Source: an uncultured cyanobacterium
GTDB taxonomy: Bacteria > Cyanobacteriota > Cyanobacteriia > Cyanobacteriales > Cyanobacteriaceae
Assembly: GCA_963749915.1 (NCBI GenBank)
Contig: CAVVOP010000005.1
Coordinates: 128,001 to 192,000 of the forward strand
Direction of reading: 5' to 3'
Length of the DNA: 64,000 bases
Shown here: positions 43,693 to 54,878 of the stretch, one piece after another
How positions within the stretch are numbered: position 1 is the first letter of the stretch
Layout of the letters: each line of letters opens with the position of its first letter
The notes under the pieces: generated by a model
The model's input: the letters and a program-made list of their open reading frames with translations, nothing else
Database searches by the model: none
What the model was told of the DNA's origin: nothing
Program-made: the position numbers and the translations under genes

Positions 43693-44382
43693 TTAATGTA
43701 ACGTGTTTTTATATTGACGTAATCCTTCAACTCCCCAACGTCCCGACGTGAATTGAGGGGAATTGAGGGTTTCAATGGGAGCTAAAGTGACAATATCAGC
43801 ATTATGAGGATTAGCTATCGTATCGAACTGTTCAACTGTGAGGTGTAAAAATCTCATCACAAAAACTCGCAACGCTAGACCATGGGTAATAATTAAGGAG
43901 CGTTTTGAGCTAGTTTTTTTAACACTTCGCACAAAGGTTTCAAGAAACCCCGACACTCGATCATAGCAATCTGCTGGACTCTCTCCCCCTCGGTAACGGT
44001 AGTAAAAATGACCATAATTCTCAATCATTTGCTGCTGAGTGGGGACATCGAAATAGCCATGTTCAACCTCACGCAGTCGGGGATCTTCGCGAACGCAAAC
44101 CTGTTCTACCTTGAGTTTTGCCCCTTCGAGGATGCCGAGCAAAGTTTGCTTGGCTCTGAGGAAGGGAGAAGTATAAATCAACGATTCCCGCAGATAAGAT
44201 TGTCCCAAGATGCTCCCCACTTCCTGGGACTGCTCAATTCCACGTTCGGTTAAAGGAATCAAATGATCCGCTAGGGATTCTTGATTAGCAGGGGTCACGT
44301 TAGCTTGCGATTCTCCATGACGAATCAGCTTGATAATCATCTTGTCACTAAAATTACGATAAAAACTAATACAACAAGACAT
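43693..44382 (-). CDS. histidine phosphatase family protein
   Basis: LIRHGESQAN, SPFLRAKQT, GGES, ITHG. Confidence 0.88.
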   Translation of the reverse strand: MSCCISFYRNFSDKMIIKLIRHGESQANVTPANQESLADHLIPLTERGIEQSQEVGSILGQSYLRESLIYTSPFLRAKQTLLGILEGAKLKVEQVCVREDPRLREVEHGYFDVPTQQQMIENYGHFYYRYRGGESPADCYDRVSGFLETFVRSVKKTSSKRSLIITHGLALRVFVMRFLHLTVEQFDTIANPHNADIVTLAPIETLNSPQFTSGRWGVEGLRQYKNTLH

Positions 44383-44403
44383 ATTAAGTCTAGCGGAGAA
44401 AAA

Positions 44404-45270
44404 TCAAAGAGCACCAGCTACTATCTTACCCGCCTCCTCTAAAATGAGCTCAAGATGTGCTTGGCTCTGAAAACTTTCAGCATAGATTTTATAGACGTTC
44501 TCCGTTCCCGAAGGACGGGCAGCAAACCAGCCATTTTTACTGACTACTTTTAATCCACCAATGGGGGCATTGTTTCCTGGTGCTTGAGTGAGTTTGGCCG
44601 TAATCGTGTCTCCTGCTAAAGAAGAAGCCTTGACATCTGCTGGCGAGAGTTGACTCAGACGAGCTTTTTCGTCTGGGGTAGCTGGGGAATCAATTCTGGT
44701 ATAAAAAGATTCGCCTAAGCGTGCAGTCAGTTCTTGGTAATGTACCCCGGGGTCTTTGCCTGTCCGTGCCGTAATTTCTGCCGCTAGCAGGTCCATAATC
44801 GGACCGTCCTTATCGGTAGTCCAGACGGTGCCATCTTTACGCAGATAGGATGCCCCGGCACTCTCTTCCCCACCAAAGCCCAGAGAACCATCTAATAAGC
44901 CGGGAACAAACCATTTAAATCCCACGGGAACTTCGCACAGTTGTCTTCCTAGTTCCCCCGCAACCCGATCAATCAAGCTACTACTTACCACTGTCTTGCC
45001 AATGGCACTCTTGGCTGGCCAGCCGGTTCGCTGATTAAATAGGTACCAAATGGCCACAGCCAGAAAATGGTTGGGGTTCATTAGTCCCGCGCTGGGAGTA
45101 ACGATGCCATGGCGGTCTGAATCGGTATCATTGCCAAAGGCGATGTCATAGCGATCTTTGAGCTTGACTAAATTGGCCATGGCGTAGGGGGAAGAGCAAT
45201 CCATGCGGATTTTTCCATCCCAATCAACAGTCATAAAGCTAAAAGTAGGATCAACCGTAGGATTAACGAT
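44404..45270 (-). pseudogene. pgm: phosphoglucomutase, C-terminal half only
   Basis: [53 protein letters not shown]-terminal half with the catalytic Ser is absent. Confidence 0.9.
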
Positions 45271-45296
45271 AAATTTGCTACGGTTTTCTTGGGCAT
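45267..45296 (-). pseudogene. pgk: first 10 codons of a deleted phosphoglycerate kinase gene
   Basis: AGAGG RBS then ATG CCC AAG AAA ACC GTA GCA AAT TTA TCG = [10 protein letters not shown], like cyanobacterial Pgk N-termini; fused out of frame to pgm. Confidence 0.55.
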
Positions 45297-45365
45297 CGTC
45301 AATTTTTCCTCTTGCTTTTGTTTGGCTACCGAAGTTTTTAAATAGCTCTTTTTTCTTAATGGGGT

Positions 45366-47867
45366 TTACTCCTGCAATTCAATCTTAACCGGTTCTACTT
45401 GCCAAATATTCTGACAATATTCCCGAATCGAGCGATCGCTAGAAAATTTGCCCATTCGTGCTACATTTAAAATTGACATCCGCGTCCACTGATCTCGATT
45501 TTGGTAAATCTGAGATACCTTCTCTTGAGCTTCAAGATAGGATTGATAATCGGCCAACAGCATATAGGGATCATCGTAGAGGAGATTATCGACAATGGGA
45601 CGGAACAGATTAACATCACCATGGGCAAATAGTCCCGAACCGATTAAATCCAGCACGGCTTTTAATTCCGGGTTAGATTCATAGTAGCCTCGGGGATAAT
45701 ACCCTTGGGCTTTCATCTTTTCTACTTCTGCTGCTGTCAAGCCGAACAGGAAGAAGTTTTCTGCTCCTACCTCTTGGCGGATTTCCACATTGGCTCCGTC
45801 AAGGGTTCCGATGGTTAAGGCACCGTTGAGGGAGAATTTCATACATCCCGTCCCAGAAGCTTCTTTCCCTGCCATGGAAATTTGTTCGGACAAATCGGCG
45901 GCGGGATAGACTCGCTGTCCTAAAGTGACATTGTAATCGGGCAAGAATACCACTTTTAACCGATCTCGCACATCAGGATCTTGATTAATGACCTCCCCAA
46001 TCGAATTGATCAGTTTAATCATCAACTTAGCTATAAAGTAGCTAGGAGCTGCCTTCCCGCCAAAAATGAAGGTGCGGGGCGTGATATTTAAGTTGGGATT
46101 TTCCTTGAGGCGGTGGTAAAGGGTAACTATATGCAGGACATTAAGATGCTGACGCTTATATTCATGGATCCGCTTAACCTGAATGTCAAATAGGCTGTCA
46201 GGATTGACGGTAATACCCACTTTATCCTTAATATAGGCAGTTAAATCGCCTTTAACCGCTTGCTTGACTTGGTACCACTGCTGGCGAAAATTGGCATCCT
46301 CGAGGGAACCTTCCAGCTTCTTGAGTTCGTTGAGATTGTTTACCCAATTTTCGCCAATTTTGGTGGTGATTAATTGGCTCAGACGGGGATTACTCAATAC
46401 CATCCAGCGGCGGGGCGTTACCCCATTGGTGACGTTGGTGAATTTTTCGGGAGAATATTGATAGAAGTCGTGCATCACTGTCTCTTTAAGCAGTTGCGAA
46501 TGGAGTTCCGCTACCCCATTGACTTTACCGGAACCAACGGTGGCGAGATACGCCATGCGCACCGTTTTCGGTTCTCCTTCGCCAATTAAAGATAGGCAAG
46601 ATAATTTCTCCCCATCATGAGGATATTTGATCCGGACTTCGTCGAGGAAATGCTGGTTGATGGCATAAATAATTTCTAACAGGCGGGGCAAAAGACGACC
46701 AAATAAATCAATATCCCACTTTTCTAGTGCTTCGGGCAAGAGGGTGTGATTGGTATAGTTAAAGGTATTTTGAGTAATGTGCCAGGCTTGATCCCAACCT
46801 AAGTGGTATTCATCAACTAACAGCCGCATCAGTTCGGCTACGCCAATGGCGGGGTGGGTGTCATTGAGTTGAACGGTAAATTTCTCGTGGAAAGTGTCCA
46901 CACTGTCCCCGTCCATGGTATGGATGCGAATCATGTCTTGCAAGGAACAGGAGACGAAAAAGTATTGTTGTTCCAGCCGCAGTTCTTTCCCCTGAATTGG
47001 TTCATCGTTGGGATAGAGGACTTTGCTCAAGTTTTCCGATTTGACCTTATCGTTAACTGCCCCGTAGTAGTCACCCACATTAAAACGATCAAACTCAAAG
47101 GATTCGACGGCTTCCGAACGCCACAGACGCATGGTATTAGCAGTATTAACTTTGTAACCGGAAATAGGTGTATCGTAGGGAATGCCCTTAACCACATAGC
47201 TGGGAATCCAGTTAACCCGGTAGTTACCCTCTTGGTCGGTATAGCTCTCCGTATAGCCCCCAAATTTTACTTTGACACTGGCTTCCGGACGGGCAATTTC
47301 CCAAGGATTGCCCAATTGCAGCCATTTATCGGTAATCGCTTTTTGCCAACCGTCTTGGATTTCCTGGTCAAAGATGCCAAATTCGTAGCGAATGCTATAG
47401 CCGATGGCCGGGATTTCTAAGCTGGAAAGAGAATCGAGATAGCAGGAAGCGAGGCGCCCCAAGCCGCCGTTGCCAAGTCCAGGTTCTTCTTCAATATCGA
47501 TTAGTTCTGGCAGATTGAGTCCCAATTCCTCTACCGCTTGCTTGACGGGTTCATAGATGCCTAAATTAATCAGGTTGTTACCTAGATGAGGTCCCGGTAA
47601 AAATTCGGCGGAAAGGTAGCCGACGACACGGACGTTTTGCTTGAGATAAGTCTCAGCAGTGGATAGCCAGCGTTCTAAGAGGCGATCGCGGACTGTGTAG
47701 GCCAAAGCCATGTAGTAGTCATGGGTAGTGGCGATACTGGAAAATTTGCCCTGGATATAGTAGAGGTTATCCATTAAAGCCCGTTTTAGAGCTTCTACGG
47801 TTAAGCTGGTGCGATCATCTTCTACCGTGGCGTTCTGACTTATTTTCTTTGCTTGAGAGATGTTCAT
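45366..47867 (-). CDS. glgP: glycogen/starch phosphorylase
   Basis: [47 protein letters not shown]; start re-called at MNISQ after AGGAG. Confidence 0.96.
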   Translation of the reverse strand: MNISQAKKISQNATVEDDRTSLTVEALKRALMDNLYYIQGKFSSIATTHDYYMALAYTVRDRLLERWLSTAETYLKQNVRVVGYLSAEFLPGPHLGNNLINLGIYEPVKQAVEELGLNLPELIDIEEEPGLGNGGLGRLASCYLDSLSSLEIPAIGYSIRYEFGIFDQEIQDGWQKAITDKWLQLGNPWEIARPEASVKVKFGGYTESYTDQEGNYRVNWIPSYVVKGIPYDTPISGYKVNTANTMRLWRSEAVESFEFDRFNVGDYYGAVNDKVKSENLSKVLYPNDEPIQGKELRLEQQYFFVSCSLQDMIRIHTMDGDSVDTFHEKFTVQLNDTHPAIGVAELMRLLVDEYHLGWDQAWHITQNTFNYTNHTLLPEALEKWDIDLFGRLLPRLLEIIYAINQHFLDEVRIKYPHDGEKLSCLSLIGEGEPKTVRMAYLATVGSGKVNGVAELHSQLLKETVMHDFYQYSPEKFTNVTNGVTPRRWMVLSNPRLSQLITTKIGENWVNNLNELKKLEGSLEDANFRQQWYQVKQAVKGDLTAYIKDKVGITVNPDSLFDIQVKRIHEYKRQHLNVLHIVTLYHRLKENPNLNITPRTFIFGGKAAPSYFIAKLMIKLINSIGEVINQDPDVRDRLKVVFLPDYNVTLGQRVYPAADLSEQISMAGKEASGTGCMKFSLNGALTIGTLDGANVEIRQEVGAENFFLFGLTAAEVEKMKAQGYYPRGYYESNPELKAVLDLIGSGLFAHGDVNLFRPIVDNLLYDDPYMLLADYQSYLEAQEKVSQIYQNRDQWTRMSILNVARMGKFSSDRSIREYCQNIWQVEPVKIELQE

Positions 47868-47896
47868 GATGGTTTCTCCTTTTTTGCTTTCCTGTT

Positions 47897-49478
47897 TCAA
47901 CTAGCCGCAATGGTGAGGCGATCGAGCCGGGTGCGATCGCCTGTGAGAGTAATGCCACGGCGATTGGCTTCCAAGTGGCGGACAATTTGATAGACGGTTT
48001 CTTCTTGTCCTACTGCCCCTGCTTTTTCGGCCAGAACAGCTACAGATAGGGGTTGTTTGGTTTCCTTAAGAGCCTCCATCACTCGTCTTCTGCAAATCGA
48101 GAATCGAGGCAGCCGCCTTTTTCCCTGCTTCTACCCCGGGTTGGTGGTAGGCGTTGATATTCACTAAGGAAGCATAGAACCCTACCGCCCTTTCATAGAG
48201 GGCAATTAAGGCCCCGATGGTGGTAGGATTTACTTGGGGAATCGTGACGGTAATCGAATCCCGGTTATTTTCGTAGAGGGCTTGGCGCGTCCCCAGCAAG
48301 AAGCCAGAGAGGAAGTCCCCAGAGGTTGCCCCCGGTTCCACCTCGATGGAATCTCCTGCACGACCTTCTAGCACTTCAATAAAGGTGGCGAAGAAGTTAG
48401 GGATGCCTTCCCGCAACTGCTGGACGTAGGCGTGTTGGTCGGTGGAACCCTTATTGCCATAAACGGCAATGCCCTGGTGGACGGTGTTGCCATCTAGATC
48501 TTGTTCCTTGCCCAAGGATTCCATCACCAATTGCTGCAAGTAGCGACTGAAGAGCAAGAGGCTGTCTTTGTAGGGCAGAATGACCATATCTTTCTTGCCC
48601 TGCCCGTCCCCAGCGTAGTACCAGCAAAAAGCCAGCAGGGCGGCGGGATTTTGCTTAATATCCCGGACGCGAGTGGCCTCGTCCATGGTTTTCGCCCCCG
48701 CTAGTAGGGTGCGGATGTCGATGCCCTGTAAGGCAGCTGGGAGCAGTCCCACCGCCGATAGTTCCGAGGTGCGCCCCCCGACCCAATCATACATGGCAAA
48801 TTCCCCCAGCCAGCCTTCCTCTTGAGCCAGCCGGTCCATCTTGCTCCCCGCCATCGTCGTGGCCACGGCCTGTCGGGCAAACTTCAACCCCTGGGCCTCG
48901 AAGGCGTGTTTAGCTTCCAGCATCCCGTTGCGGGGTTCGGGAGTGCCGCCAGATTTGCTGGTGTCGATGACCAAGGTACTCTTGAGGCGATCGCCCAGAC
49001 CATGGAGAACGCGATCAATGCCAGCGGGGTCAGTGTTGTCGATGAAGTGAATGGCGAGGGGTGGTTGTTCAGGGGCGAGGGCTGCAGCCACGAATTCGGG
49101 GCCGAGGGCAGAACCGCCAATGCCAATGGCCAGGAGGTCGGTAAATTTGGGAGCTTCTGGGGGGCGGATGGTACCGTCGTGAACCTGCTGGGCAAAAGTT
49201 TCAATGGCATCAATCCCTTTGATAATTTCGTTGCGGATGTCAGCCGTGGGGGCGAGATCGGGGTTTCGCAGCCAGTAATGCCCTACCATGCGGTTCTCGT
49301 CGGGGTTAGCGATCGCGCCGCCCTCTAGAGCTTCCATGTCCTGGAAGGCTCTGTCAAATTTGGGTTTTAAGGCTTTTAACAACTCGGGTGCAAACCGCAT
49401 CCGGCTGATATCCAGATACAGTCCTAGGTCGGCGTGGTAGTAGAGCCAGTCTTGATAGCGTTGCCAGAGATTTTCCAT
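47897..49478 (-). pseudogene. pgi: glucose-6-phosphate isomerase, +1 frameshift near 48086 separating the last ~60 aa
   Basis: [40 protein letters not shown]-terminus [10 protein letters not shown]... continues in another frame. Confidence 0.9.
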
Positions 49479-49537
49479 TTTAGATTTTGGGTGAAGGAAA
49501 TAATTCGTAATTCGTAATTCGTAGTTTGTAATTCGTT

Positions 49538-50156
49538 TTAACCTGATGTACTTGCCAAGTGGAAAATACCCCCAAGACCATTCTTCATTTCATCGGGGGA
49601 AATTTTGCCGTCAGAGTCTTCATCGAGGGCATCAAACACTGCACCACTTCCCAGCCACTCTTCCCGGGTAATGAAGCCATCGCCGTCAAGGTCGTAACTT
49701 TGAAAAATTTCCGTACTCGCCTGACCTATTTTTGCCCCAGATTCCAGTTGTGCCAGTCGCTTGGCTAAGAGTTGCTCCAGGGTTTCTAAAGCTTTGATAA
49801 AGCCTTTAATCCCTTCATCCAGCTTTCCACTCGCCATGGGGTCTGCTGCGTGCATTTTCTCAAAGGTAGCCTTGTCCATGGCAATTTTCTCAATCTCCAT
49901 GGTTGCTGCCTTAGCTGGGTCTAGTTTGCGAGTCAGTTCTCTTTCCGTCGCTTCCAGCTCCGCCAGTAATTTGGGCGAAATGGTCAGCAGATCACAGCCA
50001 GCCAGTTCTTCCAGTTCGCCGATATTGCGGAAACTAGCTCCCATGATTTCGGTTTGATAGCCGAACTTTTTGTAATAGTTATAGATGGTAGCAACGGACT
50101 GCACCCCCGGATCTTCTGCCCCAGTGTAATCTTTACCCGTATCTTTCTTATACCAG
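49538..50156 (-). pseudogene. tal: transaldolase C-terminal half with EF-hand extension
   Basis: WYKK, DPGVQSV, MGASFRN, AGCDLLTISP, DLDGDGFITREEW; N-terminal half including the Schiff-base Lys is missing. Confidence 0.9.
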
Positions 50157-50693
50157 GACATTATCGCCCTGTTTTAGGTGAGTCAGGATGCGATCGCGGA
50201 AGAAGGGCAAAGTACGCTGGCGAGTATCCGCTAAACTTTCTCCCCCGGGAGGGCGGACATCATAGGAACGCCGCCAGGTATGCACCTGTTCGGTGCCAAA
50301 TTTCTCGGCGGTTTCGGCTTTGTTGAGTCCTTGTAATTTGCCGTAGTAACGTTCGTCGAGGGCGGCACTGAGAAAGATGGGCAATTCTTCCTCGGGATTG
50401 CCTTCGTACTTGTCCCAACCGTGCCACTCAGGATCGTCGGCTTCGTGCTTGATAATAGGGATTTTGCCGCCGCAGATGTCATCTACCTCCGTCAGGCAGA
50501 TTACCGCCGTCTCCATCGCCCGAAATAGCATACTGGTAAAGCAGACATCCACCCGATAGTCCCGCAACTTGCAGGAAGCGATGGTGGCTTCGGCCCGGCC
50601 TTGTTCGCTCAAGGGGACATCTACCCACCCGGTGAACTTATTGGCGGCATTCCACAGGCTTTGTCCGTGTCTAATTAAAATAAGTTGTGCCAT
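50148..50693 (-). pseudogene. gpmA: 2,3-BPG-dependent phosphoglycerate mutase, 3' truncated
   Basis: LIRHGQSLWN, FTGWVDV, ERYYG.LQG.NK, WRRSYD; ends at NVLV just before the conserved AHGNSLR. Confidence 0.9.
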
Positions 50694-50797
50694 TGTTTGT
50701 CTTAAAAATAACTAAAATTAGTTTCTGAAATCAGCACTTATTAGATTTAAACTGATTAGATTTAAGATTTGTTTAAGTCTTGTTGATCTTTTCGCGT

Positions 50798-51088
50798 TTA
50801 TTCTTGACGAAGCTCTTCAATCATTGCTTCTGTGTGAATGAGGGTATCAACGATAGAGATAGCATTGTTGAGGACATGAAAATAGTCAATTTTCTGCCTG
50901 ATTGATCTTAGTTTGGTTTCTAAGACCTCTGTTGTTGCCGAATCTTTTTCTGTGTCCAGCTGGCTAAGAAGTTGCCCTTGAGTAATCTTGTAATAAGATT
51001 GTAAGTCTCGGAAATAGCTGTGCAATTCGGTGACGGTAGTAATCACAGATGCTTCTTTTAGTCCAAATTCGGGTCGTTTGTTTTCCAT
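50798..51088 (-). CDS. hypothetical helical protein within the island operon
   Basis: 96-aa ORF co-oriented between ldh and gpmA. Confidence 0.65.
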   Translation of the reverse strand: MENKRPEFGLKEASVITTVTELHSYFRDLQSYYKITQGQLLSQLDTEKDSATTEVLETKLRSIRQKIDYFHVLNNAISIVDTLIHTEAMIEELRQE

Positions 51089-51151
51089 GTTAATCTGTTA
51101 ATTAAGAATAGGGCTAATAATCTAGTATTAGAAGAATTTACTTACTGGGAA

Positions 51152-52177
51152 TCAAGCCTTAACAGCCGATTTTTCTGGTGGTGTTACCTCATCCTTTAAG
51201 GGCTTGCCTTGTTCAAAATCAGTAATACTAGCAATGGTTGTGCTGGCAATCTGGGAGATGGCATTGCGAGTAAAGAAAGCTTGGTGAGCTGTAACCACCA
51301 CATTGGGAAACGATTGCAACAATTGAAAGGTGTCATCTTGGATCACCGTATCAGATAAATCCCGAAAGAACAGGGTGTCTTCTTCCTCATAAACATCAAT
51401 GCCTAGGTAGCCAATTTGACCCGATTTTATCCCTTGAATTGCTGCCTTGGTATCAATCAGCTTACCACGACTGGTATTAATCAGCATCATCCCCGGTTTC
51501 ATTTGCGCAATGGTCTCTGCGTTGATCAGATGATGGTTTTCAGGGGTAAGGGGGCAGTGGAGGGAAATAATGTCTGAATTACCTAGTAGCTCTGGTAAAT
51601 CGACATAACGAGCCTCGCCCATGGCTTCAAATTTAGGATTAGGGTATAAATCGTAGCCAAGAAGATGACAGCCAAACCCACGCATAATTTGGGCAAAAAT
51701 TAGACCAATTTTCCCTGTTCCAATCACTCCCACCGTACACCCATGCAGGTCAAATCCCATCAGACCATTGAGGGCAAAGTTATCATCTCGAACTCGATTG
51801 TAGGCTCTGTGGAGCTTACGATTAAGGAGTTGAATCATGCCGACGGCAAACTCAGCCACGGAATAGGGGGAATAGACGGTGACGCGCACTACTTTGATTC
51901 CCAGTTCGTCTGCTGTGGGCAAATCCACATTGTTAAACCCGGTGCAGCGCAGGGCAATCAGCTTTGTGCCCTGGGCGGCTAAGATTTTCAGGGTTTCACT
52001 TCCCACATCGTCATTGACAAATACGCAGACGGCGGGAAAGCCATCGGCGAGGGAAGCAGTTTTGGGTTGGAGCAAGGTTTCAAAGTAAACCAACTCGTGA
52101 TTCCCCTGAGCGGCAGCATTGGCTGCATCGAGAAATTGGCGATCGTAGGGTTCAGTACTAAAAACGGCAACTTTCAT
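51152..52177 (-). CDS. ldhA: D-lactate dehydrogenase (D-2-hydroxyacid dehydrogenase)
   Basis: MKVAVFS..YD, ALRCTGFNNVD, YSPYSVAE, GTGKIG, NTSRG, DVYEEE, TAHQAF. Confidence 0.9.
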   Translation of the reverse strand: MKVAVFSTEPYDRQFLDAANAAAQGNHELVYFETLLQPKTASLADGFPAVCVFVNDDVGSETLKILAAQGTKLIALRCTGFNNVDLPTADELGIKVVRVTVYSPYSVAEFAVGMIQLLNRKLHRAYNRVRDDNFALNGLMGFDLHGCTVGVIGTGKIGLIFAQIMRGFGCHLLGYDLYPNPKFEAMGEARYVDLPELLGNSDIISLHCPLTPENHHLINAETIAQMKPGMMLINTSRGKLIDTKAAIQGIKSGQIGYLGIDVYEEEDTLFFRDLSDTVIQDDTFQLLQSFPNVVVTAHQAFFTRNAISQIASTTIASITDFEQGKPLKDEVTPPEKSAVKA

Positions 52178-52180
52178 GGT

Positions 52181-52214
52181 TAGATTTTAGATTTTAGATT
52201 TTAGATTTTAGATT
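52181..52214. repeat. STRR heptamer array (TAGATTT)x~5
   Basis: Visible tandem repeat; similar arrays at 49501-49537 (TAATTCG) and 56298-56330. Confidence 0.85.
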
Positions 52215-52275
52215 ACAGAAGACAACTTTGCTGGAGGAAAGGAATGTGGGGAAAATCCCCTTCTACCTTACTCAC

Positions 52276-54707
52276 TTAATAAGGCCACTTCCATTCACGA
52301 ATCTCAAGCTTATCGATGCCTTCGGCGTAAGCGTAGTTGGAGTTTTCAATAATCTGATTCTTCAACCACTCTCTAACATGGCTTCCTGCCACTTGCAGTT
52401 TACGAACGCGGTCGATAACGTCGATGGCCAAGTTAAAGCGGTCAATCTGATTGCGCATCGCTAACTCCAGGGGCGTGTTGATGTTGCCATGCTCCTTGTA
52501 GCCCCGCACGTGGATGCGTTGCTGGTTGCTGCGGCGATAGGTTAGCTTGTGAATCAGCCAGGGATAGGCGTGGAAGTTGAAGACCACGGGTTTATCAGGA
52601 GTAAACAGGCTGTCGAACTCCAGATTGGTTAGTCCGTGGGGATGTTCTTCTGCCGGGGCCAACTTGAACAAATCGACGACGTTGACAAAACGCACCTTGA
52701 GATCGGGGAAATGCTCTCGCAGGATCGCCGTGGCTGCTAGTGCTTCCATTGTGGGACAGTCCCCTGCCGTTGCTATCACCACATCTGGCTCGTAGCCAGC
52801 ATCAGTGCTGGCCCAATCCCAGATGCCAATGCCCTTAGTACAGTGGGCGATCGCCGCTTCTTTATCTAGATATTGTAAGTGCTCGTGTTTGTCCGAGACA
52901 ATCACGTTGACTTTGTTCTTACTGCGCAAACAACTGATCGGCTACTGCCAGCAGGCAGTTGACATCTGGGGGCAGATAGATGCGAGTTACTGAGGGACTC
53001 TTGTTAGCAACTACGTCCAGGAAACCGGGATCTTGGTGGGTAAAGCCATTGTGATCTTGCCGCCACACCGTTGCAGTAATCAGTAGGTTTATGGAGGGAA
53101 CGGGAGCCCGCCAAGATAGTTCCTCGCATTTTTCCAGCCACTTGCAGTGCTGGTTGACCATGGAGTCAACGACATGAATGAAGGACTCGTAGGAGGCAAA
53201 GAAGGTGTGCCGTCCGGTGAGGACGTAACCTTCCGTCCACCCTTCTATAGTGTGTTCACTGAGCATTTCCATTACCCGACCGTTGGGAGCCAGTTCGCCG
53301 CCGTCTGCATCTTCTGGTAAATACTCCGCCAACCAAGTCTTCTTGCTGACTTCATAGATGTCATCTAGCTTATTGGAGGTGGTTTCATCGGGACCAAAGA
53401 CGCGGAAATTGGTCATGTTTTTCTTCATCACGTCTCGCAGGAATTTACCCAGAGAACGGACATTTTCCACCTCTACCTGTCCGGGCCGTTCCATTTCCAC
53501 TCCATATTCCCAAAAGTCAGGCATTAGTAAGTCTTTAGCAGAGGAGTCCCCCATTGGCGTGAGGGTTCGCACTCATGCGGCGGTGGCCCGTCGGAGCGAG
53601 TTCCTTCAGTGAAGGAATCAGCTTGCCGGTCTTGTCAAACAACTCTTCCGGCTTGTAGCTTTTCAGCCAGGACTCCAAAGCCTGCAAGTGAGCCGGATTG
53701 GTTTTAACCCCATCCATCGGAATTTGGTGCGCCCGCCAGAACCCTTCAACTTTATGTCCGTCCACCTCCTTCGGCCCCGTCCAACCTTTGGGAGTGCGTA
53801 GGATAATCATGGGGAAACGGCACAATTTGGCGATCCCAGTGCTGCGGGCTTCCTGTTGAAGGCGGTGAATTTCTTCAACGCAGTGGTCTAGGGTAGCAGC
53901 CATGGCCTGGTGCATGCTGGGCAGGTCAGAACCCTCAACGAAATAGGGCTGGTAGCCATAGCCTAAGAACAAGTGCTCCAAGTCCGCATGGCTAATGCGA
54001 GAGAGGATGGTGGGGTTGTTGATCTTATAGCCGTTTAGGTTCAGAATGGGCAGGACTGCTCCGTCGGTGATGGGGTTGAGGAACTTGTTGGAATGCCAAG
54101 AGGTAGCCAAAGGTCCGGTTTCTGATTCTCCGTCCCCGACGACCACCACACTGAGCAAGTCAGGATTGTCAAACACGGTACCGTAAGCATGGGAGATGCT
54201 ATAGCCTAGTTCCCCGCCTTCATGGATAGAACCCGGGGTTTCGGGGGTACAATGGCTGCCGATGCCACCGGGAAAGGAAAATTGCTTGAAGAACTTCTTC
54301 ATGCCCTCTTCGTCTTCGCCCTTGTCGGGATAGACTTCTGAGTAGGTTCCTTCTAGATAGCAGGGAGCGATTACGCCGGGGGCACCGTGACCAGGGCCGC
54401 TGAGATAGATGGTATTGAGGTCATACTTTTTTATAATCCGGTTCAAATGCACCCAGATAAAGCCTTGAACGGCACTAGAACCCCAATGTCCCAACAGTCG
54501 ATTTTTAATGTGTTCTGGTTTCAGGGGTGCTTTGAGTAGCGGGTTGTCTCGCAGGTAGAGCATTCCCACCATGAGATAATGGGCGGCTCGCAAGTAGGCA
54601 TCGATTTTGTTAACTTCTTCATTGCTCAGGGGTGTCCCTTGAACAGTCGAACGGGCAATGCCATAACAACTGATGCTGTCTGTAGTTTTTTCGGGTTTAG
54701 TTATCAT
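52276..54707 (-). pseudogene. xfp: phosphoketolase split by two +1 frameshifts (~53540, ~52933)
   Basis: [60 protein letters not shown] spread over three ORFs. Confidence 0.92.
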
Positions 54708-54878
54708 GATCGATTTTCTCTAATTTAATATAGTCTTGACTCCTAATGGGACTGAGGCAAGCGATCGCCCCGTCCCCTGGTAGAGAGCTGACCTCACAGG
54801 TGTATGTTTTTAATTAGGTCTGCCATAGTATTTTTCCTGGTTGAGTTAAAGGTTCGCTCTGATATTCTGAGTTGACAT

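Noticed and set aside
46854..47420. Long antisense ORFs in the island (also 48822-49328, 55620-56120)
   Set aside because: Shadow ORFs of GC-rich genes on the opposite strand; no motifs.
49538..49720. EF-hand fused to transaldolase as a novelty
   Set aside because: Known feature of cyanobacterial transaldolases.
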